64,000 bases of DNA from Antedon mediterranea (taxonomy: Eukaryota; Animalia; Echinodermata). The DNA is taken from the NCBI RefSeq assembly GCF_964355755.1, contig NC_092671.1, positions 24,006,070-24,070,069 of the forward strand, read 5' to 3'. Every line of letters starts with the position of its first letter. The first letter of the stretch is position 1. Shown piece after piece: positions 1-15,400 of this stretch. The notes under the pieces are model-generated. The model worked only from the letters and a program-made list of their open reading frames with translations, was not told the DNA's origin and did not search any database. The translations under genes and the position numbers were made by a program.

Positions 1-281
1 TAATAATAATAAATGACATGTGTTAAGCGCACATATACACTAAAGGTCTCAAGGCACCAGTAAAAAATCGAAAGTTACAACCTGCGGTTATATAATCAAC
101 ATTTAAGTAATATAAATGTCAAAAGAGTTAAAAGAAACTGCACATTTTCAGTAGGTAACCAGAATAATTATTGCAGATTATATGTATGTCTGAAAAAATC
201 TGTATTGTATTCTTATGGAGGAAATACTGTATGTAACTATGGTCAAGATATTATCTAAAATTGAGAAACTGCGTATAATAC

Positions 282-484
282 CTGGTAATACATGAAATCA
301 TCTGTGGTGCAACCGCATTCATCAACAGCGACACATTCTGAGCCACTAAGAACAAATCCGTCGATACATTCACAAGCCTCTACACATGTATCTCCACAAT
401 CCTCCTCTGGAATTGTGTAAGAACATGTGTCTGGACAGGCTGAAGCACATTGAGTGTAACGGCTGTGTGCTGGACAATTAATTG
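282..484 (-). CDS. Exon: TIL domain (module 3)
   Basis: INCPAHSRYTQCASACPDTC...CVEACECIDGFVLSGSECVAVDECGC; 203 nt, phase 1-0, same length as the other two TIL exons. Confidence 0.93.
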
Positions 485-3400
485 CTGAAATCACAAATAT
501 AATTATATAAATACAAATATAAAAAACATGATTTTTTAATAAAATGTTGAATTAAAAAGATGACAATCTACAGTTGGACTAATAAATAAAAGAAAAGCAA
601 TAACTCAATTCTTTTTTCTCAATAACTTTATTACTTTATTTTCTTCAATAAAATGCTATTTATAAATGATATTAACAATTTTATCAGCAATTGTGTTTAG
701 GATATGGCTGAAATTATTCAAATAAATAAAATTATTGCATTTGACTTACGACAAAGTTCATCAGTTCTGAATGTAGGTATAAAAACACCTGCTTCACGAC
801 AGGCCTGATAGTAGGCATCTAAGTTGTTACAAAGTTGATCATCGTTACCAAGGTGACATGAATCAAAGACACAGTCATCAAAATACATGTCTGGACTAAC
901 TGTCTCATGACAATCAGCAAATGTACCAGCAGTGTCTGTTATTTTTCCACAGTACTCATTAGCAGAATACATAGCTTGTGCATCTTGGGTACATGTATTA
1001 GGAACTTCTTCACTTGGTTGACAACTAAATTGTTAAAACAAGAGATGCTTTAACAAAACTACAAGAGATGCTTTAACAAAACTTTAAATTTATTAATAAT
1101 AGTAATAACTAGAGGGTACTCCGAGAGTACAAACCTCTGCCTACTGTAAAATTCCCCTACATAAAATTTCCCCTGAAAATGTTTTTTTTTACATTTTTTT
1201 TATTAGTTCTAAGTGTAAATAGGCTAACTGCACACTACAAAGTTGTGGATGAGAGTTTGGTGTAATGGTTATGTATCCAGCCTCTTTTTTTTGTGGACCT
1301 TGATCTTTGACCCTGACCCTTCAAAATTTAACCACAAGTATATGATGAGTCATTGATCATTGTGGCTAAGTTGGGTGGGAATCGGATAAAAACTGTGGTC
1401 TTTAGGCAGTAAAATAGTTTTTATTAGTTGTGACCTTGACCTATGACCTTTTCCACTCAAAATCGAACTCGTCCGAGCTTTTGGGGCATGGATCATTGTG
1501 GCCAAATTTGGCCAGAATCGGATGAAAACTGTGGCCTCCAGGCTGTTCACAGACAAACACACACACGCACACATACACAAACATACAGGGGTGAAAACAT
1601 AACCTCCTTGGAGGAGGTAATAAATGATTTACCATATATAAACATACTTACATTAAAAAAAAATCTATAGTATAAGGTTTCAAAAACTGCAATAAATTTT
1701 GTAATGTAATTGGAACATGGAATTGTATATAAATGGCACTGTCTTCATCCACATGCTGACTTTTTAGTCAAATTATATTTTAATAAAAATGATCACAACA
1801 ATCTCATGTACAGATCATTAACCACATTTTAGGTTCCGGTGAAATGTGTCTCCTTTCATTGATTTTTGGAAAATAATTAATGCTTCAAAGATTTAATAAG
1901 AACAAAATATAATATGAAACTTACAGAGGATTAACATTCCAACTTTCACCCCATTCATGGACATTGTCTGTGAGTGTTCCATCAGGTAGAAATAAATCAT
2001 CTCTTTTGTTACTGTTACAGTTACCACATAGACCTTCCAAGTTCTCACGATATTGTGAGCCAGCACCTACTTTCAAGCGGTTTATTCCATCCCACTCCAG
2101 CCAAAAGTCAATATCTGTATTTACAAGTATGTTACGGCCACTCATCTCAACTGAAAGACTCTCAGATGGAACATATGGAAGGACAATTTGTACACCATCA
2201 ATCTACAAAAAACCAAATACTAATTCTAAATTAAATCTAAAAGATGTATTCATACTAATCCAAGTAAAACACTTACTATTACTAACACAAAAGTTGAATT
2301 CGTAAATTCAATAAAAGCTAATTGCCTACTACACTACAAACTTACTTTGAACTCAAAACATTCTTAAAGTCACTGAAAATCTCTAGTAACAGAGATTTTT
2401 ATTGGTAATTTTTCATTGCGGATATTCCTTCTAAATCAATAATTTAGAATGACTTTATAAAGCCATACAGCAATTAATTATATTGAATTGTAACAACCAG
2501 TGGTAACGCCTGCGTGGGGACTCCATCTCCCTCATCGGGGAGCCTAGTTATTAGGGAACGCGAGTACTTTTCGTTGAGGAATATAATATACAATAAATAT
2601 ATCATTCGTGTTCACTTCATAGCTAGAGTTCTGAGGGAAACAAATTATTAGGCCTACTAATATTGTAGAATATATTTTATCAAGCTAATTTCTAGTACCG
2701 GTAACCAATTGCGGTTCATGTGTCGATATCTGAGCTGTATCAAAGTAACAGGGATCAAAATGTGAATCAAGAGACTTGCTAGTGATAGGACGCACTTGTC
2801 TAGCGGTGTTCCTTTGTACGAAATATTTATACAGTAACTCTGTATTTAGAAGTTGGCTCACGCATCGACATCTGCTATACACATCCAAAATGCGTAGTTA
2901 CGAGAGGCAGTATCATCCCTTTTGTAAAAATCGGCAAATTCATTCACAACTATCATTTACAAGTCTGCCCACTGTCACTTTTGTTGGGTCTTTTGCTACT
3001 CAAACGCCTAGAATGTAGCATGTAGGCCTACTAATAATATCACTAATAATATGGTACATCTTTGAGTCCGTTCGGACGTAACAAATTTACATGTGTAATG
3101 GTCACGTGTGGTGTAAATTTTGAGATGCAACTAGAAGCAATTTGACATTACTAGTAAAAGATGCATGAAATATGACCTTGCTGGGTATTATTTTTTTTAG
3201 TTTACACATGTAAACCCGATAAATATAGGCATATACTGAACTTTAAAGATGTATTATCCTCCAAAGACATAAAAAATTAAGATTAATTAAATTAGATTTT
3301 AAATAGGTTATTGTGTAGATTTAATAAAGTTAATTACCTCTGTAGAAAAAAAAAACGGAAAAAATGTTTTCACTTATAAAATAAAATTAAAAAAACCCAT

Positions 3401-6400
3401 TGGTTGGCAGCCAATTTGACAATTGTTTTGCTTTAAATTACAGTTTTTTCAGGTAAATAATTTTTTTTCGATCCAAGTCTTGGTCAAAGTGGATAACTAT
3501 TATGTGATGGCATATGGCATATTTAACAACAAATGTTTTAAGAATTATTTTTTCAGGGGGACAATACATCTTTAAAGGTCACTTCATTTTTAAATTGAAT
3601 GAATGTATTTAAACACAGTCACGCATACCATTGCATGTACCATAAAAAATGACAAAGGTTGCCTCCCCTAAATCTGATTAAAATGACCTCAAATTATACT
3701 ACAACACGTTGTTACCGGGGCTCTTGGTGGCCACTAACCCCCACCTACGTGATGCTTGCTTCGCTAGCATAGCCGCCCCCGGGAAGATTATAGCGCAACC
3801 GCTGACAACAACTACTTATAAATCCCCTGATAATAGTTTACAGTACTTACCAGTGTAACAGAATCTCTATTCAGGCGTATCTCATGTCCACTAACATTTA
3901 CCATAACATGTTCTGCAATAGATACTCCACTATATCCATTCCTATATTGATTTTTTACCGTGACTGTAAATAGAGGTGGAGTATGAAGAGTATCTCTGGT
4001 AAAAACATACGAACAGTTGCCTTGAAAGTCAAACCGCTTTCTATCAAAGTTTTTGTAATGAGGATCACCCCAACCAGAGCATTGACAAGCTGAAAATAAT
4101 TTAATTTAAATCAATTTCAAAATATTCCATAATAATATAGTAATTGTTTGTTATAAAATCATGTTGGTAAAGATTGGAAAGTTGTAAATCACTGTCCAAG
4201 CACATCCGTTTTGGTGGTGTAAAGTTCAAGAATTCTGCCTAATGATCTTTTATATACATCCTGAAAATAAAGATTCTTGTCAATGGACACAATTTAATCA
4301 CACTACGTAATCCATTCATTAACAAGAATGAAAAAGTGGATTTTATTTGTTCGAAAGATAAGACTCTTTATAAAAATAGATAGAAGTGCTAATATAAAAG
4401 AGATAGATGATACATACCTCGACGACCTTCAGTTAGAAAGGAGAAGATTGAAACAGAGAAAAGAATTAGTATATACTGTAGTTTATATAAGTTATGAAAC
4501 AAAAAGTCTGAGAAAATAAAATACTAATTTTTTTTTTACATGTTTATTTTTAAAAAGCTCATATTTTATGACTTGTAAATATAATTATGTTATACTATGA
4601 TGCGCACATTTTTAAAGTGGTGAAAGTATTTTAAAAAATGAACACTATTTTCTACAGAATATTTACCGTTGACTCGTCGTGGGCGACGTCGGTTTCTTGA
4701 GGATCCTGACAAGGAAAAAAGCAGAAATATTATAACTTCACATGTATTTTAGGTAAAGCCAGGTAAGCACACATTAAAGAATTACAGGTTGGTTACAAAT
4801 TATTTTACCTCTGTACACCTAATAAACTTTTTCTACACCATTTAATCAGACTGCTATCTCTTGTGAACATTGGCTTATATTTTATGATCTTTGTGAGCAA
4901 AGTGTTTTTCCTGCAAGTTAACTCAACTTATAGCTATTAAGAACTCCACACCAGGCTGAATGTATAGTTATTTTTGACACATTTTGACAAACAAATCAGC
5001 AATTATTGTCAATAAGCATAATTTAACATAAACTAATTTATAAATATATAGTAATACACATTGAAGAAATTTATAAGTCAAAAGATGATGAAATTAATGA
5101 ATAATATTTTCTATTTATTTTCTATTAATATAATAATTATGCATTGTTTTTTTATTCTATCAGAAAATACAATAAACTTACTTAATGCTGTATCATACAA
5201 GAAATGAAAGGATGAATCAAAGATAAAGAAAAAAAGAGATATTGGTATGTATACAAAATAAAAGAATTTGCAGTTGCATTATATTGAAAGTATGAAAGTT
5301 GTTTGTACTACTTTTATCATGTAGGTATAAAACTTGCTTCATTAATGGTAAACTGTCTGTGTCATTACAGTGGTGTGCACCACAATTTATGCATGCGCGC
5401 TTGGTAAAAATTAAAAATGCTCAAAATCAATTTGAGAAGAGTAGAGCTAGTTTCACCCTAATTTATTTGTGTTGCATGCTCATTTGTTATTAAATTTTGA
5501 TATGGATCAGGGTTATATAACAAGCATTAAAAGTTATGTTTGAGATTAGTAATAGTTCAATTCTAGTTTACTTTATTTTTCATTGGTTAGATATATACTG
5601 TATAATATATCATATCATCATAAAAGATTTCATTTTCAATTGCATCACAATATTACATGTTTGAATAAACTCACCTTTTCGGGCTAATTTTGGAAGATTT
5701 AAAAGATAGGAAGAAAGGTTTGGTTAGAATTAGAGTAGATAGTAGTTTCAGTTTTTAAATTGTAAAATAGGCCACATGAAATAAGAAAATAAAGAATGCT
5801 TATCACACTAAGCTATTACAAAATTGAAGATTTAGAAAAAACAGAAAATCCGCCGAATTGCTTTGTTTGGAAATAAATTTGAAGTAAAGAATGATAGATT
5901 GGAAACCAAAAAAATAAAAAATAATAATAAGATAAGCATTATGGAAAAATATATCACTGTATGTTGTAAAAATGCATTAAATCAATTCAACTATTGAGGC
6001 AAGATAAAAAAAAATGTGCCCCACTGAACTAAAACTAAATATCCTATAAATACTAATGTATCTACTGTAGTCTAAAAAAATCCCTTTCTAGCACTAATGC
6101 TGCCCGTTATATTAGGTTATTGATTAGGGAAATTAATTTCATGAAACGCCCCAACACCTACACAATTATTCTGCATTTGTAATCAATCAATATTTATTAA
6201 ACACAGAGTATTGAATATCAATAAAAACAAAAAAGCAATGACACCTCCAAACATAATACTACCATCTGTGTCAACACTAAATCCACCTGTTTCATGCTAC
6301 TTACATACAAAACAATGTAGATAAGCTCAATCGAAATGATGAAGTAAGCATTATGTAATCAACTAATAGATAGACTAATAAATCTATTCTATCTGTAATG

Positions 6401-9400
6401 AACTTAATCCCATTAACATGAAAAAGACCTTATACTCTTGTATAACCTGGTTCTCATGAAAAAGTGTTGACATTTGCATAACAGTCATCTTTGTAGGAAA
6501 TTATAAAGTTACTCCTGCATAGCATCTTTGTATGTTTAAATTAGGCAAAACAAATTTTTAAAACAAGGTTTTAGAAAATATTTAATGCTTATCAACATGA
6601 CAGCCTCAAGTTATATGCAAGAATATATGGTATAAAAGGAAATTGTTTTCATACCCTGACGCTCTTCTCCTAGATAATTAAATAATTTTTTTATAAATTT
6701 TTAGTTAATACTTGATACCTTATATCAAAGGAATAATCAAAAAAAAAAGAAAGAAGAAAATTACACATGAAGAATGTATCATGTATGGGTTATAAATTGT
6801 GTAAAATGTTATTCAATTTCTTTAGAGTAGGCCTGTTCTATTAACAATAATTAATATTGTTGATTGATATTGAATAAAGATTGTTATGGAAATACTTACG
6901 ACTTCTTTCTACTCTAGGTGCAACAGGCTCTCCATCTAAAATATAAGATAATTAATATCTATAATCTTAATATAATCATTTAAATAAACTAGGTAGTTTA
7001 TCTCAGGGGAGAATAAAATTACAGAATAATGTCGTTCTTTCCTGCTTATCATAGTCTGGTACTGTAGCAGCAAACTGTTTTTAAAAGTGGATGATCTATA
7101 TATAAATTTACGTAAGGGAAAAATTTGGTAAATCGCGCTTTACTTCTAGAATTTTTACTCGATGGTATATAAAGTTGGTTCATACTTTCGGTACTGATTT
7201 TATTTAAAGTAATTTAGATTTTAAACAAATTATTGTTTTATTACTTTTATTTAATAGTAACCTAAAGGTATGAAAAAAAAAACACAACAGATTAAAAAAA
7301 AAATTTTTTTTCTTCTTTTCTTTGAATTGAAAAAAAAAATCAAGACCTTCTCAATCAATTTATGTTATATCATTATGTATGTTATTCGGCCATCGTAAAA
7401 AATAATGGAGACACATGGTAATATTAATGATGATAAAAACCAATTTAAACAGTACCATATAATGAAATTTTGCAAATCATTGCCTCTGTAATTGTATACT
7501 TACCCTCATCAATACAACGGAATGATACTTCAAGATACTTGTATGTTCCCACACAAGGATCGGTAAATTCTGCATTGTTTGCACGTAGATTACACTTCCT
7601 TGCATTATTACAGACTGACATGACATGTTCAACAGCACCTTCGGCCCTACACTCAGTGGTTTGTATTGGACCAGTATCACATACTTCTCGATTTTGACGA
7701 CCATACATTGCCCTGATAATATCAATACGGTTTCTTCCACAGTTTAATTTTAAACGGTCATTTTCACAAGCATGCTCTGTATACGATTCAGCAGCTTCCT
7801 GAGCTGAAGTAGGAGAAAAATTAAATTAAATACAAATTGTATAACAAAAATTAATGCTATCTGTCTAATTTTTGGCTAATTTTGGTACAATTAGATTAGG
7901 AACTCACACTTTGATAATATTGATTAAACCTTTTATTAAGACAATATGCATGGATTCCATGACCGAATGTCAAAAAATGACCTTTTAGGAAATAAAGTTT
8001 GTATCATTATACAATACATATGGAGCAATGTGCAAGTGTTATTTTCAAAATAAAAAAGAGATACATTATTGGAAACAGTAATAATGAAAAATCGCACAAA
8101 TTCACATACCTCCAGCACAACAGTATGTCACACGTAGCATTTTTCGAATTCCTGGACATGGGTCACCAAAAACATTGTTTTTAGCTTTCAACGAACAAGA
8201 ACGTCTTAATTCACACTTTTCTACTGCCTTTTGAAAAGAAATTTCAGAAGCACAATCTGTTGGAAAGTTAGGCTGACCATCACATGTTTCAACCTCATCA
8301 CGGCCGTAAAGGGCGGATATGATATGTAAATCACCAGATTCACACTCCAATCTAAGTTTATCTCTTTCACAGGCTTGTACGGTTTGAGGTACACAATCTG
8401 AAATGTAAATGTGTGGCAATAACGCAATTGTTGAATTGCGCACAGGTATGGACGTACAATATTTATGTCATACAGTTGCCATTAAACAGCGCTCATTCAT
8501 TTGTAATGAAGGATGCACTGGTTCTGCAAAAAGGCCAAATGTGTACTTTGCTGCGATTATTATTCTAAGATATTTTACTGGATAGGTGTGGGGTGTTGGG
8601 CATTTATTCAAATAAATACTATAGGCCTAATTGGTATAATTAATACATTATTTAGTTTAAACATCTTATGAAACAATATTATGTAATACTTAGCATGTTT
8701 AGAATATAGCTATTGCTTTGCAATTTTTAACATTTTTTTAATATATACTGCAATAACAAATAAAGAACATTGCTAAAAGATAATAAACATATTACAAAAT
8801 GTATGTGAATAATATTATGACTCACCATCTTCAGGAATAGGTATTGCTGAAATTATTACAAAAAAAAACATTTAAATAGAATTTACTGTGCAAACATTAT
8901 AATTGATTAAAACCAATAAAATTCAACATTACTACCTAGTAACAAGTACATAAAAAAATTGACCTTACTTCAGATTTCTTCTAGTTTTAACCATCAATAC
9001 ACTTATGAACGGAATTGAGACTAATAGTTTTGCCCAGAAAATATATAGTACAATTTCCTCAGCAAACACTTACATAGAATTTCTGAAGAAATTTGCGGCA
9101 TTCAACTTTTTTCAACATTTAATTACATTTTTCTACTGAAACATTTTATTTAATCAACTTAAACCATGTAATATGACTTACTCTGACAACTTTCAATACC
9201 ATCTCCTACATAGCCATTTGTACAATGACAACCATGATCACCTTCAACACTTGTACAGGAAGCATGTTCATTACAAGTAATGTCCTCACACACAACACTG
9301 TCTCCTGATTGACAAATACATTCTAGTGTGCAGTTAGGCGAAACCCACTCATCTCCAAGCTTAAGAAAAAAGGTTAGAAAACAAATAAGAACTTGCATTT

Positions 9401-12400
9401 AATGCTGTACTATGATCATTATCATTGCATCTGAAATCAGATAAACCATAGAGAATAAGTACAAATGGATAGTAATTGTTACAGTATGAATCCTACATAC
9501 CATTTTTGATTTTCACTTTTTTACAAGATTAAGTACAACAAAACAATATACTCTAGTAGCTAGATCAACTTTCGTATGCACTTTGAGGTCCAGAGAATTT
9601 GACTTCAGAAATTGGTTTAGGGTGGTCAAACAATCATTTTTGGCTTGGTTACACATTTTGAAAATGTGGCGAAAGGTCAAAAGGTCAGGGTGAAAGGTCA
9701 TAAGACCAAACACCAATATGTCCTTAAATCTGAACAACCACTGGTCACAGCGAAGTAATTTTGGTCTCAAATTGATCAGAAGGTATACATTTATATTTAG
9801 TCTAATGGGACATTTTAGTTTAAAATGACCGGAAATGCCATTTCTGACCTTTGACCCACAACCCAGGGCATGTATTTATCTCCGTAACTACTGGTCGTAG
9901 ACACTTGAATTTGGTTTTAAATTGTTCGAAATATATATTTTGTTATATGAAAAACATTTTGAAAAATGTTACAAAACGTCAAAGGGTCAGGGTCAAGGGT
10001 TATATAAACAAATAAATAAAGGTACTTGTATCTCGGCAACCACTGGTCGCAGCAAGTCAATTTTGGTCTCAAAATGTTCAGAAGGCATGCATTTATATTC
10101 CGTCTAATGGGGCATTTTAGTAAAAAATGATCAGAAATGCCATTCCTGACCTTTGACCCACATACCATGGCATCTTCATATCTCTGTAAGTACTGGTCAT
10201 AGAAACTTAAATTTGGTATCAAATTGTTTGAAATATACATATTTACATTCATTGTAATAGAAAATGTGGTTAAAAGATGAACAGAAAATACTATTACTAA
10301 TGTTTCAAACAAAAAACATATCTCTACACAACTTATCCTTAGACAGTAATGTTATGCAATATGATACTTTAAATTGCTGTCCACGAGAACATTTTGATAT
10401 AAACGTCAAGCTCAACAGTTCTTTTCAGAATGCTAGAAGTAACTTGCCATGTGTATCCGATTAAACGCCCCGGGCATTTATTGTTCAAAAGGGTTTTTAG
10501 GGGGAGGGGAGGCATCTTTATTTGGGGTATAATATGGTAACATGTATAATCAAATAAATACCACCTAGATGTAAAAAAATACAGCACAATTAATATAAAA
10601 AAATGATAACATTATGTCAAAATGCTTGGTAAATTGTAGATTATGGTAATTAATGAAATGTGTTGTGATACAATTATTTTGTAAATGCATGTGGCGGAGC
10701 GTTTATTCCACATGATGTTCTATAGGATGGAATGGAGGCTTTTATTCAAAGCGGGTGTGTTAATTCGAATAAATACTCGAGCTCAACAGTTAAGAATGCT
10801 AGAAGTAACTTACTATAGTTACCCGAATAAAAGGTCCGGGCATTTAGTTATTCAGGGAAGGCGTTTATTTTGTTTGGGTGTAATAATGGTAACATGTATA
10901 ATCAAATAAATACACCCCAGATAAAAAAAAAAAAATTAATATAATAAGAATAATATCTGGATTAAACCTCATTCTATCCTGTTGCAAGTACAATCATGTA
11001 ATAAAAGGTATCACAGACAACTATAATAGACCAATTCATTGTCATGATTCCGTAACACTGTTGCATAATATTTTTGAATGTTACCGACAAAACTTATAAT
11101 ATGTATAAGTTTTGTCGGTGTATATTATACACGTCTGTTCCCAGTGTAGATAATAAAACAATATATGTTTCTGGAGATTTATTATCAATACCACTAGAAA
11201 CTTTGACATGTTTTAGGTACTGAATTCATTGATAATAAAAGCATCAGAAGTTATCATGATAAAATCATACTACAACACTGTACACAAGGGTGTTTTCAGG
11301 AAAGCTGGACATATTGTACAATAGTAATGAAGCTATGTATTGGCATTTAAAAATATGCAAAAGATTGTTGTCAAATTGTAGTCACAAACAAACAGATGAT
11401 AGAATGAAGATCCATTATGAGTGCAATTGTGTCAGGATAATGATGTGTCATTGTTTTATATAATTATACTGGCACCTGGAAGAGAAGATCCATTTAATGT
11501 TATCTATGACAGTGTCACTTTTATTCTAAAAGACAGAAACATTTCGTTAAAAAGCATAAAGAAAACAACGAATCATGTAAAGTACCTTTTATCAGTTGAG
11601 AAACGAATTATAATTATTAAAATTAGAGTATTTATTCGAATTAACACCCGCTTTGAATAAAAGCCTCTCTCAAATAAACGCCACCATTCCCTCTAATAGA
11701 ACACCATTACATGTGGAATACGCCCGCCACATGCATTTACACAATGATTGTATCTACAATTTACCAAGCATTTTTTTCACTTTTTGATATTAATTGTGCT
11801 GTATTTTTTTTTACATCTAGGTGGTATTTATTTGATTATACATATTACCATATTATACCACAAATAAAGATGCCTCCCCTGCCCCTAAAAACCCCTTTGA
11901 ACAATAAATGCCCGGGGAGTTTAATCGGATACACATGGCAAGTTACTTCTAGCATTCTGAAAATAACTGTTGAGCTTGACGTTTCTATCAATGTTCTTGG
12001 GGTCAGCAATAACTAGTACTTGAAATTGAAACAATTTAAAGTATCAGTTATTGCATAACATTACTGTCTAAGGATAAGTTATGTAGAGATATGTTTTTTG
12101 TTTGAAACATTAGTAATAGTATTTCTGTTCATCTTTTAACCACATTTTCTATTAAAATGAATGTAAATATGTATATTTCGAACAATTTGATACCAAATTT
12201 AAGTTTCTACGACCAGTACTTACAGAGATATGAAGATGCCATGATATGTGGGTCAAAGGTCAGAAATGGCATTTCTGATACTTTTTGACTAAAATGTCCC
12301 ATTAGATTGAATATGAAAGCATGCCTTCTGAACATTTTGAGACTAAAATTGACTTGCTGCGACGAGTGGTTGCCGAGATACAAGTATCTATTTTTATTTG

Positions 12401-15400
12401 TTCATATAACCTCTGACCTTGACCCTTTGACCTTTTGTAACATTTTTAAAAATGTGCTACAAATAATAAATATTTATTTCAAACAATTTAAGACCAAATT
12501 TAAGTGTCTACGATCAGTAGTTACGGAGATACATACATGCCCTGAGGTGTGGGTCAAAGGTCAGAAATGGCATTTCCGGTCATTTTTGACTAAAATGTCC
12601 CATTAGACTGAATATAAATGTATATCTTCTGATCAATTTGAGACCAAAATTACTTCGCTGTGACCACTAGTTGTTGAGATTTAAGGACATATTGGTGTTT
12701 GGTCTTATGACCTTTCACCCTGACCTTTTGACCTTTCGCCACATTTTCAAAATGTGTAACCAAGCCAAAAATGATTGTTTGACCACCCTAAACCAATTTC
12801 TGAAGTCAGATTCTCTGGACCTCAAAGTGCATACGAAAGTTGATCTAGCTACTAGAGTAATAATACAATGTATATTCTTTTTATTTTCAATACAGTAAAC
12901 TGAAAAATGATACAGTACCATGTGATAGACACCATCAGGGTCTAAACAGCCACACTCTTCTTGGGGAACACATACTACTCCGCTTAACATATGTCCATCA
13001 TCACATTCGCATCCTTCCACACATAGTTCCACACATGCATCAACTGCCTCATTAAATGCACATGTCACAGGGCAGGCTGACATACATGTAGTGTAATGGC
13101 TATTCTCCGGGCATTCCATTGCTGTAGGTAAACATTATATACTAAAATCAATATAAACAATTATAAAAAAAAAAAGGATTTTAACCTATAAGAAATTAAT
13201 TGAGTCACATGATTTTGCCATTACATTGCGGTCATGTGACTCAATTACACACTAAACCATCTGACAGCGTAGAGTCTTCGTACATGGAATTTTTTTTTTT
13301 TTTGCTTTTCTTATTCAGTTTAAGATTATTAACAAAATTTAATATTTGTAAGCGTGTGTGAATGTTATAATATATAAAATTGGCTATTCTATTATGACCT
13401 GAGTTTTTGATAACCAGTAAGGGTATCTCTACAAATTTGATTTAATAAATCACACACTTGTTAGTTACTGGACAAAGAAATATAATCTGATGATATAACA
13501 TGATAAAATTGATCTCAAGATAATTGACATACTAAATATTGCTAAGAAAAGAATATATAAATGAAGAAATAGAGATTCTGACAAAATCAATATGGTATAG
13601 GTATGTATACATATGACCTAATTAAATTTGTTTTAAAAGTAATAAAAACATATATATATATGCTGCTTACGGCACATGGTATCAGTTCTGTATGTTCCTA
13701 TTGGTATATTCATATCTCTACAGGATGTGAAGTAATTGTGCAAGTTATTACACAACTGCATTATGTCTCCCAGGTTAGCCATGTCAAATAGACATTCTTC
13801 AAAGTTTTCAGTTGGTTCAATTGTGTTATGACAAGGTGCAAACACACCATCAGGATCTGTTATCTGGCCACACATTATTGTAGAGGAATACATTGCTCTC
13901 TTCTCTTCACTGATTTCTCTTGGTTCAATCTCAGAGGGTTCACATCTATCAAATTACACAATTTATGCACAGTCAATCACCCATATATTCAACTTTGCTT
14001 AAGTCGCCATAGAATTAGTAGAATTATCATGCTTGTAGAATTTCTTAATTCTTCCCTATACATTAATGTGTTTAAGTAAATTTGTATATATTTGTATAAA
14101 CGTGAACATATGAACAGTAAACCTTGAGTAATATTCGGTTCTTGTTGCATTTATTTTGTTGAAAAATCTGTAACAAAAAGTTTGCACATTTCAAACTTGT
14201 TTATGCTAGAACCAAATTCGACTTGGAAATGAAATATTTTAAATACACAAATATGCTTTCATATTATGTAAATAATAATTTAGAAATTATTAAACAGACA
14301 AATATTTTTTTTAAAATATTTAAAAAGAATGAATCCTGTAAATCATGTATGATTCCACCAAACTTATGAGTTAAAATAACGATTGTGAGGCATTTTATAA
14401 AATAGCAGACTGCCTTAAAATCATGTTGCCAGAAATTATTCTCATCATCAGAACAGAAAACAATGCCTAGAGTACTTATATACCAATATGAATCCGGTGT
14501 ATAAAAATTGAATGCGTTATTTACCTGAGATCGGAATTCCAACTGTCTCCCCATTCATTGCCGTTATTTGTTGTGCCACCACCAGCAACAGTCAAATCAT
14601 TGCTTGGATCTCCATCATAGTTACCACATAAACCTTCTGTATGGTTTTGATACTTTTCATTAACACCAGCTTTTACACGGTTATTGCCATCCCATTCTAC
14701 CCAAAATCCGACAGTTGAAGAAGATACCAAAACACTACATCCAACCTTTTCTACAGTCAAATCAGCATTTGGCGGTGTAAATGGAAGTGCTCTTCTTATT
14801 CCATTAACCTGAAAAAAATTACATTTTTGTATGAATATTAAATTTACAAGCATTACTACTTTTAAAAGATTTGATTAAATAAAAAGAACAAAAAACATAA
14901 TATAGAATAAAGAACAGTAGTTACCCAAGTCTCATCGTCACGATTTAATCGTATATTAAAGTCAATGGCATTAACACTGGCATTAACAATGACATGGTCT
15001 GCCAATGTTACCGTTCGTTTAGTACGGAATTGATTCTTGACATAAACAATAAACTGTGAAGGTGAATTAAGTCCATCTCTAAGAAAGATATAGGTACAAT
15101 TGCCTTGGTAATCCTGTCTTTTACCATCGAATGTTGTATAATGGGGATCACCACTACCTACACACTCGTTACTTCCTATGAAAAGAAAAGAAAACAAATT
15201 ATTTCAATTAATTACAGTTTATTTAATTTCATGATCAGTACAAATAACATAAATATTTTGTTTTAATATTTGGAAAACTGGATTTGATAATAAGAGAACA
15301 TTTTGAAAGGCTGACTATTTAACAAGGCCTCATTGAATTCAAGAGTCAGACTCAATTCAACAGAAACATTTGTATTTGTATATTATAACACACTTGACTG

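Noticed and set aside
4258-4260. Possible 3-nt microexon (ttttcag|GAT|gtatat)
   Set aside because: Weak donor; such matches are expected by chance in AT-rich DNA
9513-12898. Several 60-130 aa ORFs repeated on opposite strands (also 53792-54001 and 58581-58775)
   Set aside because: Artefacts of the inverted repeat arms; no recognisable protein motifs
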